DNA of 64,000 bases, from assembly GCA_051599415.1 (NCBI GenBank), contig AP039705.1, positions 186,001-250,000 on the forward strand. Direction: 5' to 3'. The position numbers and the translations under genes were made by a program. The stretch comes from Savitreella phatthalungensis (lineage: Eukaryota). The notes under the pieces are model-generated. The model saw only the letters and a program-made list of their open reading frames with translations. It made no database searches and was not told the DNA's origin. Numbering within the stretch: position 1 is the stretch's first letter; every line of letters starts with the position of its first letter. Shown here piece after piece: positions 36,238-48,083 of this stretch.

Positions 36238-36434
36238 GCTCAATCCACACTGCTGTACCCCACGCACCAACCCTCAGAATACTGCTGGGCTGCCAGCAAT
36301 CCCTCAGGCTTGTCCTCGCCAAGTCTTGCCATCCTGCTGTGAAACTTGCAGATTCTCGGGTTTCAATAAGACCTCTGGGTCGATCAGCTGACTAGGCAGG
36401 TCGTCGCTACTTGCTCCAGTGCCAGGTCGCTCGC

Positions 36435-38045
36435 ATGACGACTCCGCAGACAGGCAAGCGTAGGTCTCTCTCCGTCACACTAGCTCAGCTTTCGCGGATG
36501 AGACCGTTCGCCAACAATAGCCCTCAAGAGAATCAGGCGATGCAGAATCGCACCAGCAGACGCAGACAATCGCTAGAGGAGAGCGCGGCGTCGGCACAAC
36601 AGCAGACGATCAACAGCGCAGGCGAGCAGCGCGTCAGGTCTGCCAATTCCTTCCGTGTTGGGGTCACCGAAGACAGGAATCGAAAATGTAGGCGGACTAT
36701 GGAGGATACGCATTCGTTCGTTTGCGACTATATGCACGAGCAGGACTGTGGCTATTTTGCCATTTTCGACGGTCATGCCGGCAAACAGGCAGCCGAATAC
36801 TGCGGCTCTCGCTTCCATATCATACTAGCAGACATCATCAAGCGCAACCCGGATCGACCCATCACTGATCTGCTCGATGCCACTTTCACCTATGTCGACG
36901 CTGCCATGGAGAAGATGCATTTCAGGAATCAAGGCTGTACCGCAGCGACAGCCTTACTTAGATGGGAGCAGAGACGAATGGCCTCTCGGCCGTCCGTTGC
37001 GAGCAGCTCGACTCCTGCACCAGAGGTCTTACAAACACCAAAAGTGAGCCAGCGAAAATCCGGAGCTGGTGACCTAATCCCGCCAGCAACATCGAGCTTG
37101 CGGCGCCTCTCGCAGGGCGGCTCGTCTGCACAAGCTCCGGCCGTCTTTGCCGATGACGAGAGTGTCGCAGATACGGAAACGCCTGTTGACGAACGACGCG
37201 AGTCGGTACTGAGTAACTCCGCTGTTTCCGTCACCTCAGAGCACCCGAATCAGCAAGACATCCGAAACGAACGTCGCCAAGTGCTGTACACCGCCAACGC
37301 TGGCGATGCTCGTGTGGTGTTGTGTCGGAAGGGTGCGGCTGTCAGGCTGAGCTACGATCACAAAGGTTCAGATGCCCAGGAAGGCGTGCGCGTACAAAAT
37401 GCTGGAGGAACGATTCTCAACAATCGCGTCAATGGCGTGCTCGCTGTGACAAGAGCACTTGGCGACTCTTACATGAAGGAGCTCGTGACAGCACATCCTT
37501 ACACAACCGAAACCGTCCTGATTCCTGGAGAGGACGAGTTCATGATCTTGGCGTGCGATGGACTTTGGGATGTGTGTACCGACCAGGAGGCCGTCGACCT
37601 CGTCCGCGGGATCGAAGATCCCAACGCGGCCTCGAAAGTCCTCGTAGAACACGCACTGCGCGAGTACTCGACGGACAACCTGACGGTCATGGTGGTGCGC
37701 CTTGGTGTGAATGGCAGCTCAAATCGGGAGCGTGCCGCGGAAGCCTCTAGCACAGGCGCTGATCTTGAACGGGAAGTCTCCAATATCAGCCAGGCTGTCA
37801 GTGTTACTTCCGATGCTCACGCAGGAAGAGCTCCACCCGTTTCGCTTGAGTCTCCCCTGCGATCCGAGACCAGACATACCGGAGAGAACCCGGCCTCAGC
37901 AGCGGCCTCGAGCCCTGTGGCACCAAGTTCAGGTCAAGGCCAGGTAGAATTCGGTGCACCTCTCCAGCAGGTCGTCTCGCCATCGCGTGTCGCCGCTTCA
38001 CCAAATATGACCGCTGTCCAGGAGGAACGAGAAGGGGCAGAGTGA
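36435..38045 (+). CDS. PTC1: Type 2C protein phosphatase, Ptc1-like
   Basis: 'RRTMEDTH', '[11 protein letters not shown]', '[10 protein letters not shown]', '[10 protein letters not shown]', '[14 protein letters not shown]', '[10 protein letters not shown]', '[10 protein letters not shown]'. Confidence 0.93.
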   Translation: MTTPQTGKRRSLSVTLAQLSRMRPFANNSPQENQAMQNRTSRRRQSLEESAASAQQQTINSAGEQRVRSANSFRVGVTEDRNRKCRRTMEDTHSFVCDYMHEQDCGYFAIFDGHAGKQAAEYCGSRFHIILADIIKRNPDRPITDLLDATFTYVDAAMEKMHFRNQGCTAATALLRWEQRRMASRPSVASSSTPAPEVLQTPKVSQRKSGAGDLIPPATSSLRRLSQGGSSAQAPAVFADDESVADTETPVDERRESVLSNSAVSVTSEHPNQQDIRNERRQVLYTANAGDARVVLCRKGAAVRLSYDHKGSDAQEGVRVQNAGGTILNNRVNGVLAVTRALGDSYMKELVTAHPYTTETVLIPGEDEFMILACDGLWDVCTDQEAVDLVRGIEDPNAASKVLVEHALREYSTDNLTVMVVRLGVNGSSNRERAAEASSTGADLEREVSNISQAVSVTSDAHAGRAPPVSLESPLRSETRHTGENPASAAASSPVAPSSGQGQVEFGAPLQQVVSPSRVAASPNMTAVQEEREGAE

Positions 38046-38193
38046 CCATGCGCCGAAGAGCGGGCCAGGAGAACAAGAGTATTTTACGAAAAGAACAAGA
38101 GTGATGCATGCATGTTGACTGTTTTACCTAGTGTACATCTATCCTTCATTGCCTGTCAAAACTATGAGTTAGCGTTTGAGATGAGAATCATGT

Positions 38194-41100
38194 TCAACGC
38201 TTCAATGTCCGTTGTTTCTCTGCTCCACCTCGGACGACCTTGCGCTCGACAAACAGTCCTTTGCGTGCGCGTATGGTATCGACATAGCGACGAGCTTCGA
38301 TCTCGCGATCTCCCATCACACCGAAGTCCTCAAGCTCGTCTTCCGTCCGAGGTACCCAGAAAGGATCCTGGTCGAGGAGCTCGAAACCCTTGAAGACGAG
38401 TTGCGGCTGTGCCTGTCCGGATGTCTGCTTCCGCAAGTGGTCGCCAAAACCGAAGGATTCAACGACCGGTAAGGTGGCGCCGACTGAGAAAAATGGAGTT
38501 CCTTCCTTGATCTCCTCAGAGAGAACGCGACCTCGACGCTTCGACAAGACTGCATAGACGCGGCCGAGCACGTCAGCCGAGCACTGCACCTCGCATGAGT
38601 AAGTTGCTAGCATCAGTCGTGGCGACCAATCGGAAGTGAATGCCGTGTTGAAAGCCTCTCTGAATTGAGTGACGAACGCACCTCGCACTGTGGGCGAAAG
38701 CAGTCGCGCTTCCTGATCAGCCAGCTCCGTCTCGGTAGGCGCCGAAGAGACCTTGAACTCTTCCACCACAACACACACGCCATGACAGGGCTCGTGGCAC
38801 AGTGGACCGAGGTCTGTGGCCAGCTGGAATGCAGAGATGATAAAATCCTCGAAATTCCGAAGTGTCCACTTACCCTCACTGCTGCCCATGTCTAGGTTGC
38901 TAATGGAGGCTTCCAAGAAACCGCTTGCGCTCAGATCCTGCAGCAACCGTCGCGCCTGGCCAGTTGCATCGACGAGAACATTTGGTCCAATCCGCCGCGG
39001 CCCGAAGGCGATGATGCGCTCGACATGGGCTGCAAGATCACGTGCATCCTTTGACTGCTCGAAGAGCTGTCTGAGATCATCGAGCATGTCGCTTGCGCTC
39101 TTCATCTGCGATTCAGCGCCGGAATCATTGATCGCGCCTGTCGTCGCCGCTGCTGATGCGACAGCAAGGGCAATATCGTCATCGTTCTCGAGCTCACGAG
39201 CTGCCTTTCCAGCATTCTCATCTCCTTCATGTTCCTCGAGTGCTCGAGCACGATCGAGCTGCAAGTGCCGGATCGATGCGGCATGGCGAACGAGGTAATC
39301 AACAACCTCGGAAGGCAGTGGACGAATGCGCAGAGAGAATTGGATTGCTTCATCAGCGATACTGCATAGCATCGTGCCCCGAGGCAAGGCTTTGTTGTAC
39401 GGTGGCTTCATGTCGAGACCTCGAACGATGGTCTCGCGGAATGGCACAATCGGCGCAGAAGCCTGGATCTCACAACGCGCGAAACGCTCGCGCAGATCCT
39501 TCAGACAGCGTTCAAGGTGCAGCTCGCCGGCTGTCAGAATCACATGCTCACCGGATTCTTGTAGACGGACCTCGACGCAAGAATCGGCTTGGTTCAGCAG
39601 TCGTAGACCTTCTATTAATTTCGGAAGGTCTTGGGGATGTGCAGGTTCGAGCGCCACTCTGACAATTGGAGCACCAATTGACGAGATCCCGGCGAGATTG
39701 TAACCGGTCTCGATCGAGCACAGCGTCCCGTTCTTCAGCAACTTGCCTTCGAGACCCCGGATTCCAAACACGTTTCCGGCAGGAACTTCCTCGATGGCGA
39801 CCAGGTCTCGTCCCATCATGAGGTAGAGCTTCTCCACTACGATTTCCACCCGGTGTTTGTCAGGCCTGGCTGGATCGAATTTTGGGCCGAGCGCGTAGAG
39901 CTTGTCACCGACTTTGATCTTGCCGCAATAGAGTCGCGCAAAGCCGACGAGTACATCATCATCTTTAGCTTCGTCATCCGTATCCTGCTGCGTGACATCA
40001 TCTGTGGGCTCTGTGCCGTTCTCGGCAGCCGTACGCCTGCGTGTTGAGGCGGCACGCATCTCATCCGCAGTAAGCTGACGTCTCTGATTTTCTGGAAGCT
40101 CTTTCCGCGGGATTGCCACCATTTTGCTGACATAGGCCAAAGCCGCTGAGTCGGACTGGCCGGAACAACTTACTGCCGCGGCTTTGAGAGTGCCATCCAC
40201 CTGGTCAGCAGAGATCGATTTGTCGAGGATGTCTGGCAGCCGGGATTCTTGAGCTGCGACAGGTGAAGGCAGGTACTCAACCACAGAGATCAAGATGGCA
40301 GATGAAAGAGGCAACCACTGATGCATAATGTTACGCAGCAAGCCCTGGTAGTCTTTCGACTTGACATCCCGCGGGAGAATTTTGAGATTCAGCGTCTTGA
40401 TGATCTTCTCAATTTTCTCCGTGTCGCGTTCGAGAACGGCTGAATGATAGACAGCCCAGATGTTGTCGAGTACGAACTGTACAAACATAGGCTTCAGAGC
40501 ACGGCCCTTCAGATGTCTCTGTGGAATGACCTTTCTCGTCTTTGGATCGAGATAGAAATCACCCCAAAGTACTTTCTTGAGGAGCGTACGCTTTATGCCA
40601 AGCTTCTGTTCATACAGGGCGGCAAATTGATCCACGCGGAATGCCCAACCATCATATGCACTGGCAAGGACCACATTGCCCTTCTCTGGCGCGAAGTAGA
40701 TATCCTCATCATCCTTTTCGTCGAAATCATCTCCCGGCAGGTCATCCCCAGATCCTGTTTCTCCTGCCTTTCTCCGCTCTTCTGCACGCTCTTCGAGCTT
40801 CTCTCGCCAGCGAAGGTCGTCTATGATGCGCTCGCCAGCGAAGAAGGAGCCCATGACGGCATTGACCTGCTCAAGCAGCCGGACGAGATGGACGTGAGCC
40901 TCAGTGGGTGATAATTTGAGCTCTGTGATGAGTCTGTCGAGCTTGTTGATCACTAAGACTGGCTTGATCCTTTCTTCCCATGCCTGCCGTAGGACTGTTA
41001 TTGTCTGAGAACAAACGCCCTCCACGGCGTCCACCAGAACAATCGCACCATCGCACAGCCGTGATGCTGTTGACACTTCGCTGGCGAAATCGACGTGGCC

Positions 41101-41415
41101 TGGGGAGTCGATCAGATTTAGCAAATACTCTTCTGTTGTCTCTGCTCTATCGTCCTGGCCAGAGCGTCTGCGGAGTTGGAAGTAGAGGGAGACCGCTGAC
41201 GATTTCATTGTGATGCCGCGTTCCATCTCGTCAGGTCTACTGTCCAGGTAGCGTACTGTACCGGCGAGCTTTGTGGAGATGATGCCATTTGATGCAAGCA
41301 GATTGTCTGCCAAGGTCGTCTTGCCATGGTCGACATGCGCAAGAAGGCAGAAATTTCGAACATTTGCCGGCCTGCTTTGAAGTTCGACCAGCTTGCCAGG
41401 CTTGACGAGCGACAT
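38194..41415 (-). CDS. RIA1: Elongation factor-like GTPase EFL1/RIA1 (60S maturation)
   Basis: AHVDHGKTT, 'GITMKSS', 'LIDSPGHVDF', NKLD. EF-2-like domains. C-terminus 'RKGLFVERKVV..AEKQRTLKR'. Confidence 0.95.
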   Translation of the reverse strand: MSLVKPGKLVELQSRPANVRNFCLLAHVDHGKTTLADNLLASNGIISTKLAGTVRYLDSRPDEMERGITMKSSAVSLYFQLRRRSGQDDRAETTEEYLLNLIDSPGHVDFASEVSTASRLCDGAIVLVDAVEGVCSQTITVLRQAWEERIKPVLVINKLDRLITELKLSPTEAHVHLVRLLEQVNAVMGSFFAGERIIDDLRWREKLEERAEERRKAGETGSGDDLPGDDFDEKDDEDIYFAPEKGNVVLASAYDGWAFRVDQFAALYEQKLGIKRTLLKKVLWGDFYLDPKTRKVIPQRHLKGRALKPMFVQFVLDNIWAVYHSAVLERDTEKIEKIIKTLNLKILPRDVKSKDYQGLLRNIMHQWLPLSSAILISVVEYLPSPVAAQESRLPDILDKSISADQVDGTLKAAAVSCSGQSDSAALAYVSKMVAIPRKELPENQRRQLTADEMRAASTRRRTAAENGTEPTDDVTQQDTDDEAKDDDVLVGFARLYCGKIKVGDKLYALGPKFDPARPDKHRVEIVVEKLYLMMGRDLVAIEEVPAGNVFGIRGLEGKLLKNGTLCSIETGYNLAGISSIGAPIVRVALEPAHPQDLPKLIEGLRLLNQADSCVEVRLQESGEHVILTAGELHLERCLKDLRERFARCEIQASAPIVPFRETIVRGLDMKPPYNKALPRGTMLCSIADEAIQFSLRIRPLPSEVVDYLVRHAASIRHLQLDRARALEEHEGDENAGKAARELENDDDIALAVASAAATTGAINDSGAESQMKSASDMLDDLRQLFEQSKDARDLAAHVERIIAFGPRRIGPNVLVDATGQARRLLQDLSASGFLEASISNLDMGSSEGKWTLRNFEDFIISAFQLATDLGPLCHEPCHGVCVVVEEFKVSSAPTETELADQEARLLSPTVRGAFVTQFREAFNTAFTSDWSPRLMLATYSCEVQCSADVLGRVYAVLSKRRGRVLSEEIKEGTPFFSVGATLPVVESFGFGDHLRKQTSGQAQPQLVFKGFELLDQDPFWVPRTEDELEDFGVMGDREIEARRYVDTIRARKGLFVERKVVRGGAEKQRTLKR

Positions 41416-42883
41416 GATGAAAGCACCACTAGTTCGTGACCCGCGTTGTGACCACTATCCTTTGCCGTATCGTGTAATATGACGTGTTCGAGAAGGAACG
41501 GGAGGATTCAGAGAAGGACGAGGCAGGAGAAGGGCATATCATGTGAGGTTTCGAGTCTTAAGATATTTTATCGAAGCTTAATTTGATCGGCTGCGTCATT
41601 TTTCATATATGTGCCTGTAGCTGGATTGACTGACTGTTTGACTGATTGATTGATTGATCGATTGAGATTTTGATTGATCGCCAGGGTGGTCATAAGAAAG
41701 GGCTAGGATGGATGTGCATGCATTAACAGGAGAGGACATCAGACACACGCACATACACAAAGTGCCCCGGTGGATCGACGCATGTCACAAGATGATTATG
41801 AGCCTACTCGGATGGTTGTAAATAGACGGCCTTTTGGCTTGATGCCTGCTCGTGGTACAGACAAGCTCTTGACAGAGACACGGCATCCATTTGATTCCAC
41901 GTCTACTGCGGCGAGCTGTGCAATCGAAAGCGGCAGCACAGCACAGCACAGCACAGATACAGTAGGAGTCGATCGAGACAACTTCTTCCCAATGGTAGGC
42001 TCTAACGTAAGGTAAGGTCAATCCAGATTTGTAGCCATTTTCCGAGATTGATCGTGCATCCAACCGAATTTATTCTACTCAAATTCTCCTCCGCAACAAA
42101 TTACTGATGGACTATTCAAATTTAGATAAATTCATTGACGCATTTGGAGACTTGTCTAATGATCGATTCTGGTTCAGTCTGCATTGTGTCTATTGTTTTT
42201 GAATAGTCAGCTGGTAGATCGATTTCCAACAATACGCGTACGTTGTGCAAATGATGGATTGCATGAGAACTGGATTTCGATTATGATATGATTTGATCTT
42301 GTATATTATTTCAGTTCTGGAATTAGTATTGCGTCGTTAGGCAATTCTTTGGATTTCAATTGAATTCGAATTCAATTTAAATTGCTTGCCTAGCTGTTGC
42401 TCGTACTCTTGTCGTAACCCAACCCTTACGGAATTCAACTCGATCCAACAGCTTGCACCTAAAGCTGCTCCTCGAGCAATCTTGGCATCAGCATCAATCA
42501 GCACAGCTCAATTGATTCAATTGCGGAGACGATCGACACAAAAGACCTCGAAGACTTCTCAGACGAGAAAAAGGTCATCCCCCATCGTGGAGGAACCCTC
42601 AAAAGTCTTGACCTTCAACACTCTCCCAGGGCGATTTACTTTGACGAAGCCAGTCTTCTTGTCATTCGTTTGCTCTTGGTCAGACCGTCAAGCAAGATTA
42701 GCCGGGCTGACCGATTGATCTCTGACGCTTCTCAATAAAGATCAGATTAGTAGTAGACGTCCAAGCGCCTTACATTCCAACTACTCATTGAATTCTGTTC
42801 GGCTTTGGCGATGCTTTGACTATAAGGACCGCTCCCCAAAACAGATTCCCCCACCAATAGATCGACATTGCTCACTGCACTCA

Positions 42884-44092
42884 ATGGCGGGCTCAACTTC
42901 AGAGTTGCTACAGGCCCGTAACAGCGCTTTGATCGGGAAGATGCGCGTGGACATGCCACCGCCTTCAACTCTGCCCAGAGCCATCAGCGGCTTGTCTGAA
43001 TTCGTCGGTGAGCAAGCGTCCGCTCCTCTCTCCACACCAGGTAATGTCGGCGTCCTGATGTCCGATGATGAAGATGACGAGGTCGCCAACCAGCTGCGCG
43101 CAGACGAGATGATTCATTCGCAACAGGTGCTCAGGACAGGATGGCTGTGGAAGAAAGGTGGCCGGACCCTGCGGATGTGGAAGAGACGGTGGTTTGTGCT
43201 TCGCAGAGACAGTTTGACTTATTATCAAGACAACCAGGAGATCGAAGCTCGCAAAGTGGTGCTGGTAGACGATCTGAGCGGCGTCACGTACCGCGAAATC
43301 TCTCACAAGCCGACTGTGTGCTTTTATCATGGACCGAAGGAGATTCATCTTCAAGCACGATCGGCTGACGATGCTCGAGAATGGGTAAAGGCGCTCAAAA
43401 CAGCAGCTTATGGCGCAGAATCTATGCAGCAAAGCCCAGTTGAAGCTCGCCTCCCTCCTCCTCTCTCATCTCCGACGCGGCCGAATTTTGCCAGCGAGAG
43501 AAGGCCGAGCTCGGCTGTTATCGCTGCAACCCGTTCGCGAAACCACAGCATCGCAAGCGCAACAGCGGGTCTGCCGAGTCCCGGTGGGCTCATGAGTTCA
43601 TCCCTCCCGGAAGAAGACTATATGTCTCCGAACGATTTTTCGGACAACGAACAAGGTCTCGGGACGAGTACAGATCCAGTCGAGTCCGAGCTAGCACCTG
43701 CGCTCGCGTCGTCAAGCCTGACACAAGCTTCATTCACACTTGGCACGGACACAGACGGGCAGGACAAGGTGATTGTCCAGGGCTGGCTCCGCCGCAGGCA
43801 CCAGCGGACAGGTCGATGGTCCAAGCGCGTCTGGGCAGTCGTCCGTCCCTACGGGCTCTACTTGTATCCTGAACGGGACGAGTATCAAGCCCTCCTCGTT
43901 CTGTCGTTCAAACGCGAGATCATTGACGTTAGCGAGCTTGAACCGCAGACCCTCGGCAAAGGCCGACACAGCCAGTTCTGCTTCCAGGTTATCACCAAAC
44001 AGCACAGGGCGCTCAGATTCTCCTGCGAGACAGAATCAGAGCTCGATCGCTGGCTCGGCGGGTTAAAGAGCAGGATTACACATGAGTTATAA
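42884..44092 (+). CDS. Tandem PH-domain protein, Opy1-like
   Basis: PH1 'GWLWKKGG..WKRRWFVLR..LTYY...EWVKALK' and PH2 'QGWLRR..WSKRVWAVVR...WLGGLKS'. Confidence 0.85.
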   Translation: MAGSTSELLQARNSALIGKMRVDMPPPSTLPRAISGLSEFVGEQASAPLSTPGNVGVLMSDDEDDEVANQLRADEMIHSQQVLRTGWLWKKGGRTLRMWKRRWFVLRRDSLTYYQDNQEIEARKVVLVDDLSGVTYREISHKPTVCFYHGPKEIHLQARSADDAREWVKALKTAAYGAESMQQSPVEARLPPPLSSPTRPNFASERRPSSAVIAATRSRNHSIASATAGLPSPGGLMSSSLPEEDYMSPNDFSDNEQGLGTSTDPVESELAPALASSSLTQASFTLGTDTDGQDKVIVQGWLRRRHQRTGRWSKRVWAVVRPYGLYLYPERDEYQALLVLSFKREIIDVSELEPQTLGKGRHSQFCFQVITKQHRALRFSCETESELDRWLGGLKSRITHEL

Positions 44093-45595
44093 TATGTATG
44101 AATGAGATGAACTTTACGGAGCTAACGAAGAGCGGGAGCTGATGCACGCAAGCGTCACTGACGGCGATGCTATCTGCCAACGATATATTGCCTATCTGTG
44201 AACCTGAGCTTTCCTCGTCTTGAAGCAAGCTTATGGGCTACACATGACTCACGAGGGCCGAAGACGATACAAGCGCTTGGCCACGTCCTCAGGCGAAGAG
44301 TCTTTGCGGCGAGCTTGCCACGATTGGAAGCGAGCGGCGAGCTTGCTACGGCTGCAATTGAGCGGTGAATCAGCTGCCAACACGTAGCGACTGCGATGGA
44401 CCTCAGTCGCGATGCGAGAATTGATGGGCGTGATGCCGAGCTTTCAGGACTCTTCACCGACCAGCTACACCCTTCTGTGCTTCACATTCCGACCCGGGTA
44501 AAGCACAACTCATTTGCGGAATCTATAGCCTGCATGTCATACGCTTCCCAATTGTTTACAAACTCCATCCATACGATGCACGTTTACAAGAGTGCGGAAT
44601 TCACTGTGAAGCCTGGGCATGTGCTGAACAGAGCACAACTCGTGTTCTTTTGACTCTGTAAGACTTGTCTACGACAGGCAGCCGTTCATGGAGCGCGTCA
44701 GACGCAGAGAGCCCATTGGCCGTCACCAGGAAACACTGATCGAACAATACAACGTGACTTACGGACATGGACACAAGCACTCTGAACTTTCAGGTTACCT
44801 TACCCGGTGGCCCGAACTATGGCTTCTTTGCATTGCATCGCGATGATTTGTTGTCCGACGAATTCCTCATGACGCGAAAACGATTCAGCCCACGAATTAC
44901 AGATGCAGGGTTCATGCACCTCATACTGGGGGAATTAGTTTGAATGATGAAAAGTTCGATTTCCACTTTGGCGCTTTCTCCGCCTATCTAAAGACGATCA
45001 GAATCGAGTGAATTCGTGAATTTTGCATCCGATATCTGTCTCTATTTGTCCAATTTTCCTCCAGAGCGACGTGTATGCACACAATGTAGCTTTCGCCAAC
45101 ACCTATTTCATGCTTTGGTTGTGGTGCGCAGGCCTTTTCCGATGTCGTCAGGCGTCACGGTCGAATAGAATAGCTCCAGAAGTCGCCGACCGCGATTCGC
45201 TCTAAATTCAGAGTCGAATTTGAATTATATTGCCTTTGGAACGTGGTCAGCTACATTTGATACGAGCTGTAGCATTCACGTCTCTGTGCACATTCGACCA
45301 CCATACCCTCCAAACACTGATCCAAAGGATACACCAAGGCTATCTCAGTCAGCCAGAGCCAGCAGCGACGAACATCTGAAGCCTCAACCAGCCAGTTTCA
45401 CCGTTGGCAACCGATTCAGTCCCAGACCTCAGTAGCATCCACAGTCGATTTTAAACATACACCATTACAAGAGCTCCCCTGTGACATCTAGCAATATCGC
45501 CATACCCGCCCTACTTTTCCACACTACTTCGCAGGTCTTCAGATCAGCAACGCACACACGCGCGCGTCGTTCAGACTAGCCAAACGTCGACGGAC

Positions 45596-46915
45596 ATGCT
45601 CACGTTCGCACTCAGCCCAAGCGTGCACGAAAATGCCGAGGCTGTCAACGCAGCGCAGGCGGTACTCCGGGCAAAAAGGGTGATCGTCCTCACAGGCGCT
45701 GGAATTTCTTGCAGCGCTGGTATCCCTGACTTTCGTTCACTTCATGGCTTCCGCAAGGCAGAGGTCAGTCAAAAGGCCCATGAGCCTCCTCCTTCACCGC
45801 CTGCCACGCCCCGACGACGGTCGGCAAGGGTGGCATCGACCCAACTGTCTTCAGAGCTCGAGTTTTGTTCACAGAGCAGCGTCTCGAGTACGTCGAGCGA
45901 GACTTCTGATACTACAAATTCAAGAAAGCGCAAGCGCAGCGCGTCTCCACCGATTATCAAGGGCGCTGAGCTTTTCGACGTCTCACTTTTCAAGGCCGAG
46001 CACACCACTCGTGCCTTCTATCAATTCATGAATCGGATGCGAAACGAGGCTGTGCTCGCAAAGCCGACCGCTATGCACAAGCTGATGAGAACATTGCGTG
46101 ACAACGGTAAGCTTGTGCGGTGCTATACTCAAAACATTGACGGCCTCGAGCGCGAGGCTGGCTTGAGCACGAACACCCTCGACGGAGTCAAGGGTAATGA
46201 TGCCTTACAACTTCACGGCGACCTGCATACTTTGCGATGTGATCGATGCGCGGAGCGCGTGTCTTACGAGTCCGATCTGCATGACGAGACCATGTCACAA
46301 GGTGAAGCACCCGAGTGTCCGCGCTGCGCGGAGCAGTGCGCCTTGCGCATTGCTCTAGGGAAGAGGAATGTGGCAGTTGGCCTGTTGCGACCAGACGTTG
46401 TGCTCTACGGAGAGGCGCATCCGTCGGCGGATATCATTTCCAAGGCGGTTGGAGCCGACCTACGGCGTCGGCCCGATTGTGTTCTTGTTTGTGGTACAAG
46501 CCTCAAGATTCCGGGCTTCAAGGCGCTCGTCAAGCAATTCGCTGCACAAGCTAAGGCCTCGAAGAAGGGAGGTGCTGTCATCTTCGTCAATATGGAAGCC
46601 CCAGCTGTCGAATGGAAAACCGTTTTCGATGCCCACTTCCAAGGACCAACTGATAGCTTCTGCGATCTTCTGCAACGCACTCGACCGGCCTTCTTCAAGG
46701 AGCAGACAACCCTCGATTTCCCAGAAATCAAGCCACATTTATCACTTGCCCACGAACAGATCCTGATCGAGCGACCGGCTTCGCCGCCCGGCACACCGCG
46801 AAAGCGCGGCAAGCCCAACTCGTCAAATGTACCGGTCCGAGCAAAAAGCAAATGCTCTGCGCAGGTCGAAGAACAAGATGGCAAGGAAAATGTTGCCCCT
46901 CTCTTGCAAGTTTGA
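45596..46915 (+). CDS. NAD-dependent deacetylase, sirtuin of the Hst3/Hst4 class
   Basis: GAGISCSAGIPDFRS, YTQNIDGLE, LHG, Zn cysteines CxxC/CxxC, 'LRPDVVLYGEAHP', 'GTSLKIPG'. Confidence 0.93.
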   Translation: MLTFALSPSVHENAEAVNAAQAVLRAKRVIVLTGAGISCSAGIPDFRSLHGFRKAEVSQKAHEPPPSPPATPRRRSARVASTQLSSELEFCSQSSVSSTSSETSDTTNSRKRKRSASPPIIKGAELFDVSLFKAEHTTRAFYQFMNRMRNEAVLAKPTAMHKLMRTLRDNGKLVRCYTQNIDGLEREAGLSTNTLDGVKGNDALQLHGDLHTLRCDRCAERVSYESDLHDETMSQGEAPECPRCAEQCALRIALGKRNVAVGLLRPDVVLYGEAHPSADIISKAVGADLRRRPDCVLVCGTSLKIPGFKALVKQFAAQAKASKKGGAVIFVNMEAPAVEWKTVFDAHFQGPTDSFCDLLQRTRPAFFKEQTTLDFPEIKPHLSLAHEQILIERPASPPGTPRKRGKPNSSNVPVRAKSKCSAQVEEQDGKENVAPLLQV

Positions 46916-47377
46916 CAGATCGCCCTGAACTGAGGATGCACGGATTTTCCACAGTACGACTCTGTCTTACTGTCGAGGCAGTGGCAGCTGACCACCAGAC
47001 TATCCGTACGCCGTGCTGCTGCGTAAAATCACCCATGTTCAGCGCTTCACGAGCAATCTACCATACAAAGCGTGTATACAAGCATTCTTGTCTCTTCTAC
47101 GATTGTAACCTCAATTGCAAATATAATTAATCACCGCGATTCTTTGTGGAAGAGATCATTTAATCAAACCTTGTTTGTAAAGTCTTGACCGCCGTCAGCT
47201 CCGTTCCATCCTAGAAGCGTTTTGCCAGTCGCCCCAATTTTTGTGATCCACTGACCAGCCAGGTAGTCAGTCGCTCTACCACCAGACGTGAACGTGCAAG
47301 GATAGAGACAATGAAATTTGACCAGGTACACCTGATTTGCGCTTCACCACTACTTTTCCTGAACAGTCTAGCACATC

Positions 47378-47881
47378 ATGCTTCTGTACAAGGATGTGTT
47401 CTCAGGCGACGAGATGGTCTCGGACGCCTACGACCTCAAGCTCGTTGACGATGTCGTTTTCGAGGCTGACTGCGCGATGATCACAGTCGGCGGAGAATCT
47501 TTCGACACTGGCGCGAACGCGTCCGCCGAGGAGGCAGAGGAGGGCGCTGACGACGCTGCTGAGAAGGTCAACAACATCATCCACACCTTCCACCTCCAGC
47601 AAACTTCTTTCGACAAGAAGTCCTACATGACCTACGTCAAGGGCTTCATGAAGAAGACGAAAAAGCACCTCGAGGAGAACAAGCCAGACCGTGTGCCAGC
47701 CTTCGAGAAGGGCATCGCCACATTTGTCAAGAAGGTCCTCGCCAACTTCGGCGACTACGAATTCTACACCGGCGAGTCAATGGACCCTGACGGCATGATC
47801 GCTCTGCTGAACTACCGCGAAGATGGCACCACTCCGTACTTTAGCTTTATTCGCGATGCGTTGAAGGAGGAGAAGTTCTAG
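47378..47881 (+). CDS. TMA19: Translationally controlled tumour protein
   Basis: 'MLLYKDVFSGDEMVSDAY', 'GANASAEE', 'FYTGESMDPDGMIALLNYREDG'. Confidence 0.97.
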   Translation: MLLYKDVFSGDEMVSDAYDLKLVDDVVFEADCAMITVGGESFDTGANASAEEAEEGADDAAEKVNNIIHTFHLQQTSFDKKSYMTYVKGFMKKTKKHLEENKPDRVPAFEKGIATFVKKVLANFGDYEFYTGESMDPDGMIALLNYREDGTTPYFSFIRDALKEEKF

Positions 47882-48083
47882 AGAACACGTTCACCTCCGA
47901 CTCGCCTCGAACCTATGCTATAGATGTTGCCCTTTTTATCTTCTCAATTCTTGCCATGCGTGAGTTTCTGCTAAATGACTTAGAATCCCTTGTCTTCCGA
48001 CAGCGCTTTCACTTTGATACGCACGACTATAGCTTTCTCCATGAGCTGCGCAGTAGCTTTGCGTTTGAGATCACCAGCAGACG

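Noticed and set aside
41827..41840. CGGCCTTTTGGCT resembling the U2 snRNA 5' end
   Set aside because: Not followed by AAGATCAAGTGTAGTA (branch-site recognition region).
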